A stretch of 64,000 nucleotides of DNA from Macrostomum lignano (lineage: Eukaryota), in contig NIVC01000199.1 in NCBI GenBank assembly GCA_002269645.1, positions 731,069 to 795,068 of the forward strand, read 5' to 3'. The notes under the pieces were generated by a model, which saw nothing but the letters and a program-made list of their open reading frames with translations, had not been told where the DNA came from and did no database searches. This document shows, piece after piece, positions 25,235 to 36,256 of this stretch; positions within the stretch are counted from its first letter, which is position 1; each line of letters starts with the position of its first letter. A program made the position numbers and the translations under genes.

Positions 25235-27552
25235 CTCCAGGACAAACTGACACTAGGACAAAGTGACAATAGGACAAAGTGACACTAGGACAAAGTGAAA
25301 CTAGGACAAAGTGACACTAGGACAAAGTGAAACTAGGACAAAGTGAAACTAGGACAAAGTGACACTAGGACAAAGTGAAACTAGGACAAAGTGACACTAG
25401 GACAAAGTGAAACTAGGACAAAGTGACACTAGGACAAAGTGAAACTAGGACAAAGTGACACTAGGACAAAGTGAAACTAGGACAAAGTGACACTACGACA
25501 AAGTGACAATAGGGCAAAGGGACAATAGGACAAAGTGACACTAGGACAAAGTGACACTAGGACAAAGTGAAACTAGGACAAAGTGACACTAGGACAAAGT
25601 GACACTAGGACAAAGTGACAATAGGGCAAAGTGACACTAAGAAAGTGAAACTAGGACAAAGTGACAATAGGACAAAGTGACAATAGGGCAAAGTGATACT
25701 AGGACAAAGTGAAACTAGGACAAAGTGACACTAGGACAAAGTGACACTAGGACAAAGTGAAACTAGGACAAAGTGAAACTAGGACAAAGTGACAATAGGA
25801 CAAAGTGGCAAAAGGGCAAAGTGACACTAGGACAAAGTGACAATAGGGCAAAGTGACACTAGGACAAAGTGACAATAGGGCAAAGTGACACTAGGACAAA
25901 GTGACACTAGGACAAAGTGAAACTAGGACAAAGTGACACTAGGACAAAGTGACACTAGGACAAAGTGACAATAGGGCAAAGTGACACTAAGAAAGTGAAG
26001 CTAGGACAAAGTGACAATAGGACAAAGTGACAATAGGGCAAAGTGATACTAGGACAAAGTGAAACTAGGACAAAGGGACACTAGGACAAAGTGACACTAG
26101 GACAAAATGAAACTAGGACAAAGTGAAACTAGGACAAAGTGACACTAGGACAAAGTGACACTAGGACAAAGTGAAACTAGGACAAAGTGACACTAGGACA
26201 AAGTGACACTAGGACAAAGTGACACTAGGACAAAGTGACAATAGGGCAAAGTGATACTAGGACAAAGTGACACTAGGACAAAATGACAATATGGCAAAGT
26301 GACAATAGAACAAAGTGACAATAGGACAAAGTGAAACTAGGACAAAGTGACAATAGGACAAAGTGACAATAGGGCAAAGTGACACTAGGACAAAGTGACA
26401 ATAGGGCAAAGTGACACTAGGACAAAGTGACACTAGGACAAAGTGAAACTAGGACAAAGTGACACTAGGACAAAGTGACACTAAGAAAGTGAAACTAGGA
26501 CAAAGTGACAATAGGGCAAAGTGACACTAAGAAAGTGAAACTAGGACAAAGTGACAATAGGACAAAGTGACAATAGGGCAAAGTGATACTAGGACAAAGT
26601 GAAACTAGGACAAAGGGACACTAGGACAAAGTGACACTAGGACAAAGTGAAACTAGGACAAAGTGAAACTAGGACAAAGTGACACTAGGACAAAGTGACA
26701 CTAGGACAAAGTGAAACTAGGACAAAGTGACACTAGGACAAAGTGACACTAGGACAAAGTGACACTAGGACAAAGTGACAATAGGGCAAAGTGATACTAG
26801 GACAAAGTGACACTAGGACAAAATGACAATATGGCAAAGTGACAATAGAACAAAGTGACAATAGGACAAAGTGAAACTAGGACAAAGTGACAATAGGACA
26901 AAGTGACAATAGGGCAAAGTGACACTAGGACAAAGTGACAATAGGGCAAAGTGACACTAGGACAAAGTGACACTAGGACAAAGTGAAACTAGGACAAAGT
27001 GACACTAGGACAAAGTGACACTAAGAAAGTGAAACTAGGACAAAGTGACAATAGGGCAAAGTGACACTAAGAAAGTGAAACTAGGACAAAGTGACAATAG
27101 GACAAAGTGACAATAGGGCAAAGTGATACTAGGACAAAGTGAAACTAGGACAAAGGGACACTAGGACAAAGTGACACTAGGACAAAGTGAAACTAGGACA
27201 AAGTGAAACTAGGACAAAGTGACACTAGGACAAAGTGACACTAGGACAAAGTGAAACTAGGACAAAGTGACACTAGGACAAAGTGACACTAGGACAAAGT
27301 GACACTAGGACAAAGTGACAATAGGGCAAAGTGATACTAGGACAAAGTGACACTAGGACAAAATGACAATATGGCAAAGTGACAATAGAACAAAGTGACA
27401 ATAGGACAAAGTGAAACTAGGACAAAGTGACAATAGGACAAAGTGACAATAGGGCAAAGTGACACTAGGACAAAGTGACAATATGACAAAGTGACACTAG
27501 GACAAAGTGACACTAGGACAAATTGAAACTAGGACAAAGTGACAATATGATA
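25235..27552. repeat. 16-bp tandem repeat (GGACAAAGTGACACTA)n with 540-bp higher-order period
   Basis: Directly visible; identical variant patterns at 26041, 26581 and 27121. Confidence 0.95.
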
Positions 27553-27582
27553 ACTAGTAGATAAAACGCCCAAAAAATATAG

Positions 27583-27932
27583 GGTGCCCGATTCGGCCAC
27601 GTCATTGCGAGAGCAAGCCATCATCTTTGGTCTGGTGCCGGATGCAGCTTATCAGCTATTTGTGCAAGCCGTCGCATCGGACGGTGCCGCACTAAAGTCC
27701 GAACCGGAGCGAACAAAGACTAGCCGATGGAGCGCAGGACAAGTTGAAAGCGGAGCAGCCGATGATGTTAGCGATAAAATCATTCAACCCAGCGAACTTT
27801 CGGCAGCGACAGATTTGTCGGTGGCAGTGCTGGGTGACAGTCGGCAGGCTAGACTGACCTGGCGGACAGACAGCGGCGATGGTGGGAACGAAGTCCCTGT
27901 TGTCTACAGTTTGGTGCAGTATGCTATGAGCG
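27583..27932 (+). CDS. IGSF9: Turtle/IGSF9-like exon 5 (end of FN3-1, start of FN3-2)
   Basis: TATAG| acceptor, phase 2, matches exon 4; GLVPDAAYQLFVQAV; ARLTW; donor |GTGAGT, phase 1. Confidence 0.8.
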
Positions 27933-27997
27933 GTGAGTTTTGCTTTGCTAAAATGGCGTCAAAAAAGATTCAGAATTGTACTTTTAGGTGGACCCGC

Positions 27998-28770
27998 AAG
28001 CTGAGCAGGTAGGTATTTAGCTACCTGTTAGATGGGAATGACATCGAGCTGAGCAGGTAGGTATTTAGCTACCTGTTAGATGGGAATGACATCAAGCTGA
28101 GCAGGTAGGTATTTAGCTACCTGTTAGATGGGAATGACATCGAGCTGAGCAGGTAGGTATATTAGCTACCTGTTAGATGGGAATGACATCAAGCTGAGCA
28201 GGTAGGTATTTAGCTACCTGTTAGATGGGAATGACATCAAGCTGAGCAGGTAGGTATTTAGCTACCTGTTAGATGGGAATGACATCAAGCTGAGCAGGTA
28301 GGTATATTAGCTACCTGTTAGATGGGAATGACATCAAGCTGAGCAGGTAGGTATTTAGCTACCTGTTAGATGGGAATGACATCAAGCTGAGCAGGTAGGT
28401 ATTTAGCTACCTGTTAGATGGGAATGACATCAAGCTGAGCAGGTAGGTATTTAGCTACCTGTTAGATGGGAATGACATCAAGCTGAGCAGGTAGGTATTT
28501 AGCTACCTGTTAGATGGGAATGACATCAAGCTGAGCAGGTAGGTATTTAGCTACCTGTTAGATGGGAATGACATCAAGCTGAGCAGGTAGGTATTTAGCT
28601 ACCTGTTCGATGGGAATGACATCAAGCTGAGCTGGTAGGTATTTAGCTACCTGTTCGATGGGAATGACATCAAGCTGAGCAGGTAGGTATTTAGCTACCT
28701 GTTCGATGGGAATGACATCAAGCTGAGCTGGTAGGTATTTAGCTACCTGTTCAATGGGAATGACATCGAG
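27998..28770. repeat. 48-bp tandem repeat (AGCTGAGCAGGTAGGTATTTAGCTACCTGTTAGATGGGAATGACATCA)n
   Basis: Directly visible, intron 5; internal CAGGTAG/CTACCTG inverted repeat. Confidence 0.95.
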
Positions 28771-28934
28771 TTACATTTATGTCCAGCTATATGCATGTAC
28801 GCAGCTACATGCTTAGAAGGGGTGTAATAAGGCTTGAAAGGTGCATTGCCAAATGTTAAAAGTAAATGGCAAAAGGACATTATGTATGGTATTTACCTGT
28901 ACCTGTAAAGTCCGAGCTTCAATTATCTTCTCAG

Positions 28935-29141
28935 ATTCGAGACAGTCAGCGCAAACTGAACTGATCTGGCGCACGCTCGAGTCAGTTTCGGCGCCGACTT
29001 GTCGAGTCACCATCGACACCAAGCGACTGTTGGGAGCGGCGAGGCCGGCCGCTCGACTGCACCTGCGAGTTGTGCTCTGCGGTTTGCTGACTTGCAGCCA
29101 GCCTAGCGTTGGCGTGACCATTGATGAGGCCGCCTTCTCTG
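28935..29141 (+). CDS. IGSF9: Turtle/IGSF9-like exon 6 (end of FN3-2)
   Basis: TCTCAG| acceptor, |GTGAGT donor, phase 1/1; open frame. Confidence 0.7.
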
Positions 29142-29149
29142 GTGAGTTC

Positions 29150-29300
29150 GTCTGTGCTGATGGAGTGGGTAGCTTGTTCCACTGAGCTGATGGAGTGGGT
29201 AGCTTGTTCCACTGAGCTGATGAAGTGGGTAGCTTGTTTCACTGAGCTGGTGGAGTGGGTAGCTTGTTCCACTAAGCTGGTGGAGTTGGTAGCTTAATTG
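29150..29300. repeat. 30-bp tandem repeat (GCTGATGGAGTGGGTAGCTTGTTCCACTGA)n
   Basis: Directly visible, intron 6. Confidence 0.85.
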
Positions 29301-29376
29301 TTCACCTAAGCTGATAACTAAATACCAGGTAAATGCTAGCATTCAAAACATAGCATCCACCGATTGCTTCTTACAG

Positions 29377-29771
29377 CTGATCAAACGGCATCATTTAAAG
29401 TTGGCGTCGGGATGACGGCAGTCTGGGCGGTGACGGCCACCATAGGAGCCTGCTGCGCCATCACGGCCGCCAGTCTGCTGCTGTGGCGCCGGAGACTCTG
29501 GCAGCTGAACCGGACGACCGGAGCAGCTGTCGACAGGCGACGACAACGCAGACCAGTGGCTGGCGCTGTGCAGCAGCGAAGGACTGCAGCCGCCCGTGAG
29601 GACGACGAGCCTACATCCGCACAGCCGACCGAGTTTCAGCTTGACGACGACTACGAAGACGAAGCCGCCGAAGCTAAGGCTCTGGCTGGACGATTCGCCG
29701 CTGCATCGCGGGGCCGCCAGATGATGCTGAGAAGACTCAGACCTATACAGCGTGGCGGTTGCATAGAATGT
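29377..29771 (+). CDS. IGSF9: Turtle/IGSF9-like exon 7 (transmembrane helix + juxtamembrane cytoplasmic region)
   Basis: TTACAG| acceptor; hydrophobic AVWAVTATIGACCAITAASLLLW followed by RRR stop-transfer; donor |GTGAGT, phase 0. Confidence 0.75.
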
Positions 29772-29935
29772 GTGAGTATACACTGGGGTTTTAGTTTTAC
29801 ATGAAAATCATCCTTGTAAGTTGCGTATTGACATCGGCAGCTGTCGATGGTCGTTCTGTTCGTGCCTATACGCCAGGGGTTGGCAAATTGTTTACCTCAA
29901 GGTTCAGATCGAGAACCTGGCGCATGACTGCGGGC

Positions 29936-30110
29936 CAGAGGAAGGGAGAGAGGAGAGGAGAGGAGAAAGGAGGGAAGGGAGAAAGAAGATAGAGGAAAAG
30001 GAGGAGAAAGGATCGAAGAGAAGGGAAAGGGAAAATATGAGAGAGGAGAGGGGAGAGAAGAGGAGAGGACAGAAGAGATAAGAAGAGGTGAGAGAAGAAA
30101 ACTGAGAGGA
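29936..30110. repeat. GA-rich polypurine low-complexity tract
   Basis: Directly visible. Confidence 0.85.
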
Positions 30111-30327
30111 CACAAACCTTGAGCGGGCCGGATTGCTATTGTGAAGCTTCAAATGACCCGTGGGCCGGATAGAGAGGCCATGTGGCCCGCGTGGCCGGAG
30201 TTTGCGGACCCCTGCTATACGCAGAGAATTACTATATATATGCTACCCTTTGCTTGTGGCCTATGGTATTGTTACCTACGAGCATGCGCTTGTACAATTA
30301 TTGCATTCAAACTTTTGACATTCACAG

Positions 30328-30367
30328 GGAGCAGCCACATCCGGTCACTCCGGGCACTCATCTACCG
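30328..30367 (+). CDS. IGSF9: Turtle/IGSF9-like exon 8 (40-nt small exon, GAATSGHSGHSST)
   Basis: TTCACAG| and |GTAAGC; phase 0 to phase 1 exactly bridges exons 7 and 9. Confidence 0.55.
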
Positions 30368-30705
30368 GTAAGCATAGCCAGTTAATCTATAGCTTTTCGC
30401 GCGAGCATTTTGTCTGAATTCGTGACACATTTTAGCTATAGTTGTCCCATTCTCAAACCTGTTGCAATTTCAGCTGATTGTCAGTTAACAATGCCACTGT
30501 GTCGAAATCGACTGTTAGAAGACGGAAGTGACAGACTGACGCACTGTAAGTGCCGCTGTACAGTAGGTAATGTATGCAGGATTGCCTAGATGCTCATGAC
30601 TGTGAGACAATGTCGACGAGAACGTTGCGTCATGGTGTCCACAACCTTCCTGTGTTCATATTTTACTTTTTAACTCACAGAAATTTTATTTCACTCCAAT
30701 TGCAG

Positions 30706-31022
30706 ACGAAAGCAGAAGCGCCCAGAGCTGGAAACCAGCAGCAACCCGCAGTTGGCATCACTGCAACAGATGTTGCGGTGCTGTCGGCGTCCTGCCAGAG
30801 TCTTCGGCGTTTGCAGAGTTTGCTGAAACAGCAGCAGTACCATTAACAGCTCCAGGAGCGCTGGCTCTGGGAGCAGAGTCAACGGTGGATACCAGCTCAT
30901 TGATCGAGATGTCCAGTCTTGTTAGACCTAGAGGCCAGAATTCCTCCGACGTACTCGTGCATGCAATTGGCACAGAAGACGCCTCCTGCAGTATCCCAAC
31001 AAATGCTGGTCCGGACTTTTAA
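30706..31022 (+). CDS. IGSF9: Turtle/IGSF9-like terminal exon 9 (cytoplasmic tail ending ..NAGPDF*)
   Basis: TTGCAG| acceptor; phase-1 frame open to TAA at 31020-31022. Confidence 0.55.
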
Positions 31023-31837
31023 TTCGATTTACAGCGCCACTACTGCACCACTTTAACAAGCATATAGAAAGGTTTTTAGCCTATTTTGTTAAGAAATATT
31101 TTACTGGCTTTATAGCACCCACGTTTCGAAGTGGAGCATCACTTTCTAAGAAGCTTTGGTTCCCGGACGTCTAGAGCCCCGATTTGCCGATACTGTTACA
31201 AAAGGTTTTTTACACAGCTGAATAAACCATAGCTTTAGTTATTTCACTTAAAACTCAGGAGGATAGATGATGGAATCGAGTTAGCCAAAAACAATTGGAG
31301 CTTAAGCCTACCAAGTAGGCTCATATGTACTGTAAAGTGCTAAAACTTTAAAATTATAGTGTATAGCTGTGCGTGTGATATGGGAGATTAAATTCGATCC
31401 AAGGACTGCTCTTTTCTTTGATGCATCAGTGTCTGCCGACTAAAATTGCTTCACATATTACTGTCGATCGCAACCGCGCAAACCTTGTGCATTTCCAAAT
31501 TAAATCGTATACCAAATTACATAAGGACAAAATAAAAAACCTAACGACGATGCGACTTTCATACAATTGGCCAAGTTTAGTGACCTGATTCATATACCGG
31601 TAGAAAAATATGCGTGTTTTTCTTTTTTTACTCTCCAAATACCAATCAAGTCACAAAATAAGTAAGAGAAGGTCCGAAGGAAGAGCTGCACGTTATGTAA
31701 AACTTAAGGACACTGGGAAAATCTTTTTATTCCACATTTCTCAAATCTTAAAAGAAATCAAGACGTCTGTTGTGGCATGAGTACTAAGTACAAGTATTGA
31801 GTACTTCAGTCGTACCGTATTTATGTTTCAACAGTAT

Positions 31838-33505
31838 TGTATTCAACTCAAATCATTGCGTAACATATAGCCAATCTGCCAGGTGTATACACCCAACGTG
31901 CACGCTTCATCTACTAACAAATATAAAGCGGCGGAGTCAGTCGAGACTCCACAATTCTTATTTCTCAACTCGATCGCTCGCACAAAAACCCACGCGTTCA
32001 ATACACAACATTGGCGACGAAGATGGCAGACCTCAATCTCAACCCACCAACGCCGTACCTGGCTAGCGCGGGCGAGCCAAGCTGCCCGTGGCCAAGGTGG
32101 AAAAGTCAGTTCGCGATCTATTCAACAGTAACGGAACTGGACAAAACGTCGGAGGCGAGACAAATGGCCGTCCTTCGACACTGCCTCGGGCCGGAAGGCC
32201 AACGGCAGGCGGAAAGCGTGGAGGCGAACGACATGAAGAAACTGCTCGAAGAACTGGACAAAATCTTCGTGCCGAACAAGAGCGTCATCGGAGCTCGCTA
32301 CAGGTTTCGGTGCAGTGAGCAGCGACCAGGGGAGCCGGTGCAGCAGTTCGTCAGAGATCTCCAACAGCTCGCGGCCGATTGCGCGTTCAAGGACCTGACA
32401 AATGAGATGGTCCGCGATCAACTCATCGAGAAAACGTGCGTGTCACGTATCCGTGAAAGGCTGCTGATGGAACCAGACGACCTGACACTAGAGAAGTCCC
32501 TGCAGCTCGCCAACCAAATCGAGACAGCCATCAACGAAGCCAAGGTCCTCAACGGCACATCAGGGGCGTCTCAAAAGACAGTGCACGCCGTCTCAAAGCA
32601 GAAAGTCAGAGCCAAGCCCAAAACGCGCAAGGACAGCGAGAAGTGCAGGCGATGCGGCGGCGACTACAGCAAGGAGCACAAGTGCCCAGCAATGGGAAAA
32701 AAGTGCAACAACTGCAATAAGCCGAACCACTTTGCCGCTGTATGCCGAAGCAACACGGTGGCAACAGTCGGCGAGGAGGTGAGCACCATCCTGCAAGTCA
32801 CGAACCAGGATCCGACTGCCGTCCACAACATCGAATGCGCGGTCCGCGACGAGCTGCTGACGCTGACGCTGGACAGCGGTGCCTCCGTGTCGGTGATCAG
32901 CATGTCCGACTTCCAGAGAGTTCGACGACACGCAACCAAGGGAAGCGGACCTCCAGCACGGCTCGTGGCCTACGGCGGCTCGCACATCAGGACCTACGGG
33001 ACAGCGACGCTCCCGATCACGTTCAAGGACAAGACGGCCTCAGTCTGTTTCCAGATCACAGAGGGCAGCTCAAGCCTTCTTGGGCGCTCCGACTTCTCGA
33101 AGTTTGGTGTGTCTCTTCAAATTAAACATCTCGGTGACGAGGGCTCACAACTTCAGGACAACTCCAAGGACTTCTTCGAGCCGATCAGGCAACAGCCGAG
33201 CACGCCAGCAGGAGCCTGGCAGGAGCTGCAGCTCGACATCTGCGGAGAGTTCAGAGCGGCGCCGCGTCACCAGCGATTCGCGATCGTGCTCATCGACCGG
33301 TTCAGCCGATGGCCAGAAGTCGCGCTCGTAGAATCGGTCACAACCAAGGTAGTCGTCGACTTCCTCGAGGTCATCTGGTCGAGGTGGGGCATCCCGAAGA
33401 ACATCACAACCGACAATGGACCCCAGTTCGGCCGCGAGTTCGACGAGTACCTGGCGAGCCTGGCGATCGAACACAAGCGAACGGCAGTGTACTGTCCAGA
33501 ACAGA
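31838..33505 (+). mobile_element. Ty3/Gypsy (Mag-like) LTR retrotransposon remnant: putative 5' LTR, PBS, gag, protease and partial integrase; RT/RNase H deleted in frame
   Basis: ..ACAACA|TTGGCGACGAAG-ATG LTR end/PBS at 32005-32025; gag CHC-type and CCHC knuckles (CRRC..HKC, CNNCNKPNHFAAVC); protease LDSGASVSV; integrase LQLDICG, DRFSRWPE, ITTDNGPQF; 5' LTR start approximate; no 3' LTR seen. Confidence 0.88.
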
Positions 33506-33695
33506 GAGGGGAGAGGGAGAGAGGGGAGAGAGGGGAGAGGGAGAGAGGGAAGAGGGAGAGAGGGGAGAGGGAGAGAGGGGAGAGGGAGAGAGGGGAGAGG
33601 GACAGAGGGAAGAGGGACAGAGGGGAGAGAGAGAGAGGGAGAGAGGGGAGAAAGGGATGGAGAGTGAAAGGGGAGGGAAGAAAAGGAAAGGGAAG
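33505..33695. repeat. GA-rich repeat (about 15-bp GAGAGGGGAGAGGGA) truncating the integrase
   Basis: Directly visible; begins right after HKRTAVYCPEQ. Confidence 0.9.
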
Positions 33696-34481
33696 ACTGC
33701 TACAACGATCTGTCTCAAAAACACATATTCCATGTATTGATTGAATACGACCGTATTGGTTTCACGAACGGAATTCTGTATGCATTTGTCTCTCATTATA
33801 AAACCTACCTATGTGTCTCCTTTCTCTGCATTCGTAATTATACGTCGTATTTAGCTTAACAAAAGTGTTAAAACAGACTGAATTCAAAGTTTAAAGATAG
33901 CACTGTCTGTATATGCTCCTTTTTTCAACAGTCCGCTACGCTTGAGAGGCGGAAAGTTACTAAGAGAAGTAACTACTATAGAACCAATTGTGTACAGGGG
34001 CTACTGCTGCAGTCACGGTAAGAGCAAAAATGCCTGTACACTAACCATGGCTGGACTTAACAAGCAACTGTACTTTGATCGCCTACCATGAGACGGGCAG
34101 GCAGAGCTAAATAAATTATATTTCAGACGTATTGTACAATTGTACGCGTGCGTGAGCTATAGCGACGGCAGTTAATATTTCCAGGAAAAAACATATTTTG
34201 CAAGCGAGCGCTGGCTAAAAAGACAGCATTAGCTGCAGACTGAAATGCTTTCATATAGTTTTAAAGTGGAGCAACTCACTCAATTAGGAGCGCGTATGTA
34301 ACAGACTAAACCTCTAATTCCGCTACTTCTTAAACTGTTTTTTTAGCGTTAAGTAGCTAACTATTGAGCGTTTGTAACAGGCAGAGAGGTAAGTGCGCTG
34401 CGAGTAAATGTGCTAATTTAATAAAATACTGCTTTAAACAGGATGCATGATCGAAAGTCTACTACTGGCTTCCTCACTATA

Positions 34482-34742
34482 GGTTGTAGCCTAGTGGTAA
34501 GAGCGTCAGACTCACGATTTGAAGGTCATGGGTTCGATTCTCGTTCCCACTGGAACAGTTTGTGTCCTTGAGCAAGCCTTTGCCTTGAGCATTGCTTCAC
34601 TTCACACAGCTGTAAAATAGGTACCAGCATTAGCTGGGGTAATTGAGGGTGTGTGGCGATCCCTCCAGTCCTTGGAATGAACAGCCGTACGCAGCCTTCA
34701 GATGCGCCGCGCCATAGCTGCGGCTGAGCTGTTGGTTGCACA
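34482..34742 (+). mobile_element. tRNA-derived SINE with CORE/Meta-like domain (copy 2)
   Basis: GGTTGTAGCCTAGTGGTAAGAGCGTCAGACTCACGATTTGAAGGTCATGGGTTCGATTCTC head; the rest is colinear with 11008-11292. Confidence 0.8.
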
Positions 34743-35195
34743 AAAAGTTTTTAAATAGCTCGTATACGCTCGTAGGAGCATATTGTGATAACTTCCTCTT
34801 ACCAGATAATTCCAAAGCTTAACAGATCAGTTCTAAACACTTGTAAGTTTTGTCTGTTAGGTTTCAGCTTCAATTGATTAGGTTGAGGTAAAGTTTTCCA
34901 TATTTGCTGCTGCCTCATGAAGATGTGCAATAGACAAAACTTCAGCCGCTAAATCTAATTGAATGTTATAGATAGAAATGCCGCTCCTAATTTTCAGCCC
35001 TTTTAGTTTGTTTACAGTACGACTGAACTGTCAAGCATTGAACTTATCCGATGAGAGGTTAAGAAACAAGTGTACCCTACAGATACTAGATACTCCTGGC
35101 TTGAGGAGCACTCATAGCACTCGTACTTGCCAAGTACACCTACCAACGTACATAAACATCAGTGTACTTTATGACCGGTTTCAGTTGCAGACAAA

Positions 35196-36083
35196 ATGGA
35201 TCGCACCCCAGTGTGCTGCACTGCCTACACAAGTCCTAACGACCTATGGCTGCAAATCTGTTGGGATGGCGGTCAGCAGCTCAAGTCATTGATGGTAGCC
35301 GCTACGAAATGGGCCGCTGCTGATCAGACTGCAAATCTCCCATTGAGCACTTTGAGCTCAAACAAAAACTGGGTTCTGGTTCGTCCGAACAATTGGAATC
35401 TGTGGTTTCGCGCCAGACTACTGGGTCCAGTGGCTAGCGACAAGAGCTGCTGTCAGGTGCAGCTGGTGGACTTTGGAAACCGGCTATATTTGCCGCAGAG
35501 CCCCGACCGCCTGCTGCCGATGCCCGAATTCTTCGGAGAACAGAAGCTGGCGAGCTGCGCGGTGCCGTGCCGACTGGCGAGAATTTCACAGCGCAGCGAC
35601 TGGTCCAAGCGAGACGCTAAACGGCTCGAGGAGTTGCTCACCATGACTACAGAGGATCGGATTCTAGATGCCGAATTCAATTGGGAAAAGTCAAGTGCGA
35701 ACGCGCCGACGCCTGTGGAGCTCTACCAGCGCGGTAGCGAGTTGTCAATCAACGACGCGTTTGGTAATAGAACCGGCAGTCTGATTGCCAAGCTGAGAAG
35801 CGGCCAGGCAGTGAATTTCTTGCCAGCTAATCCGACCACGCTGAGGTCAATGCCACCAGTGCAGCAGAATCAACCAATAAATGATTTCGACAACTCGTGG
35901 GACCAGCCTTTCATTGGCATGGTCAGCCATGTGACGGACAAGGGCATCGTGTTCGTACAGAAGGACGAAAAACTACTGTCTGGTCTTCAGAGTCAGCTCG
36001 AGCTGCTGAGCGACAGCGAAGATCTAGTTCGATTTTCGGCGAGCTCGTTGCCAGATAAGGATGAGATTTTCGCTGTTTTCCAG
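35196..36083 (+). CDS. Multi-Tudor domain protein (TDRD-like), exon 1
   Basis: Extended Tudor: TSPNDLWLQ..WFRARLL..VQLVDFGN..AVPCRLARI; start of a second domain VSHVTDKGIVFVQ; donor CAG|GTAAGT, phase 0. An AG acceptor at 35190 suggests an upstream 5' exon. Confidence 0.85.
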
Positions 36084-36256
36084 GTAAGTAGTGCATGGCT
36101 ACATGCATAAGCTAAAGCGGTATTTTAGTCTATCAACTTGTATGCTTTTCACCAAAACCACCGATTTTACCTACTTTTTTTATACTTTTCAATGTCCGTG
36201 GCATCAACGAAAAAATGAAAACACTTAATCTTGAAACACTGCCCCACGCTTCGCAG

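Noticed and set aside
25235-28770. CRISPR-like regular arrays
   Set aside because: Units are head-to-tail with no unique spacers, there are no cas genes, and the context is a eukaryotic intron.
34482-34555. tRNA gene (also 11220-11292)
   Set aside because: The acceptor stem does not pair, the anticodon differs between copies, and both continue into a shared 200-bp body, so these are SINE heads.
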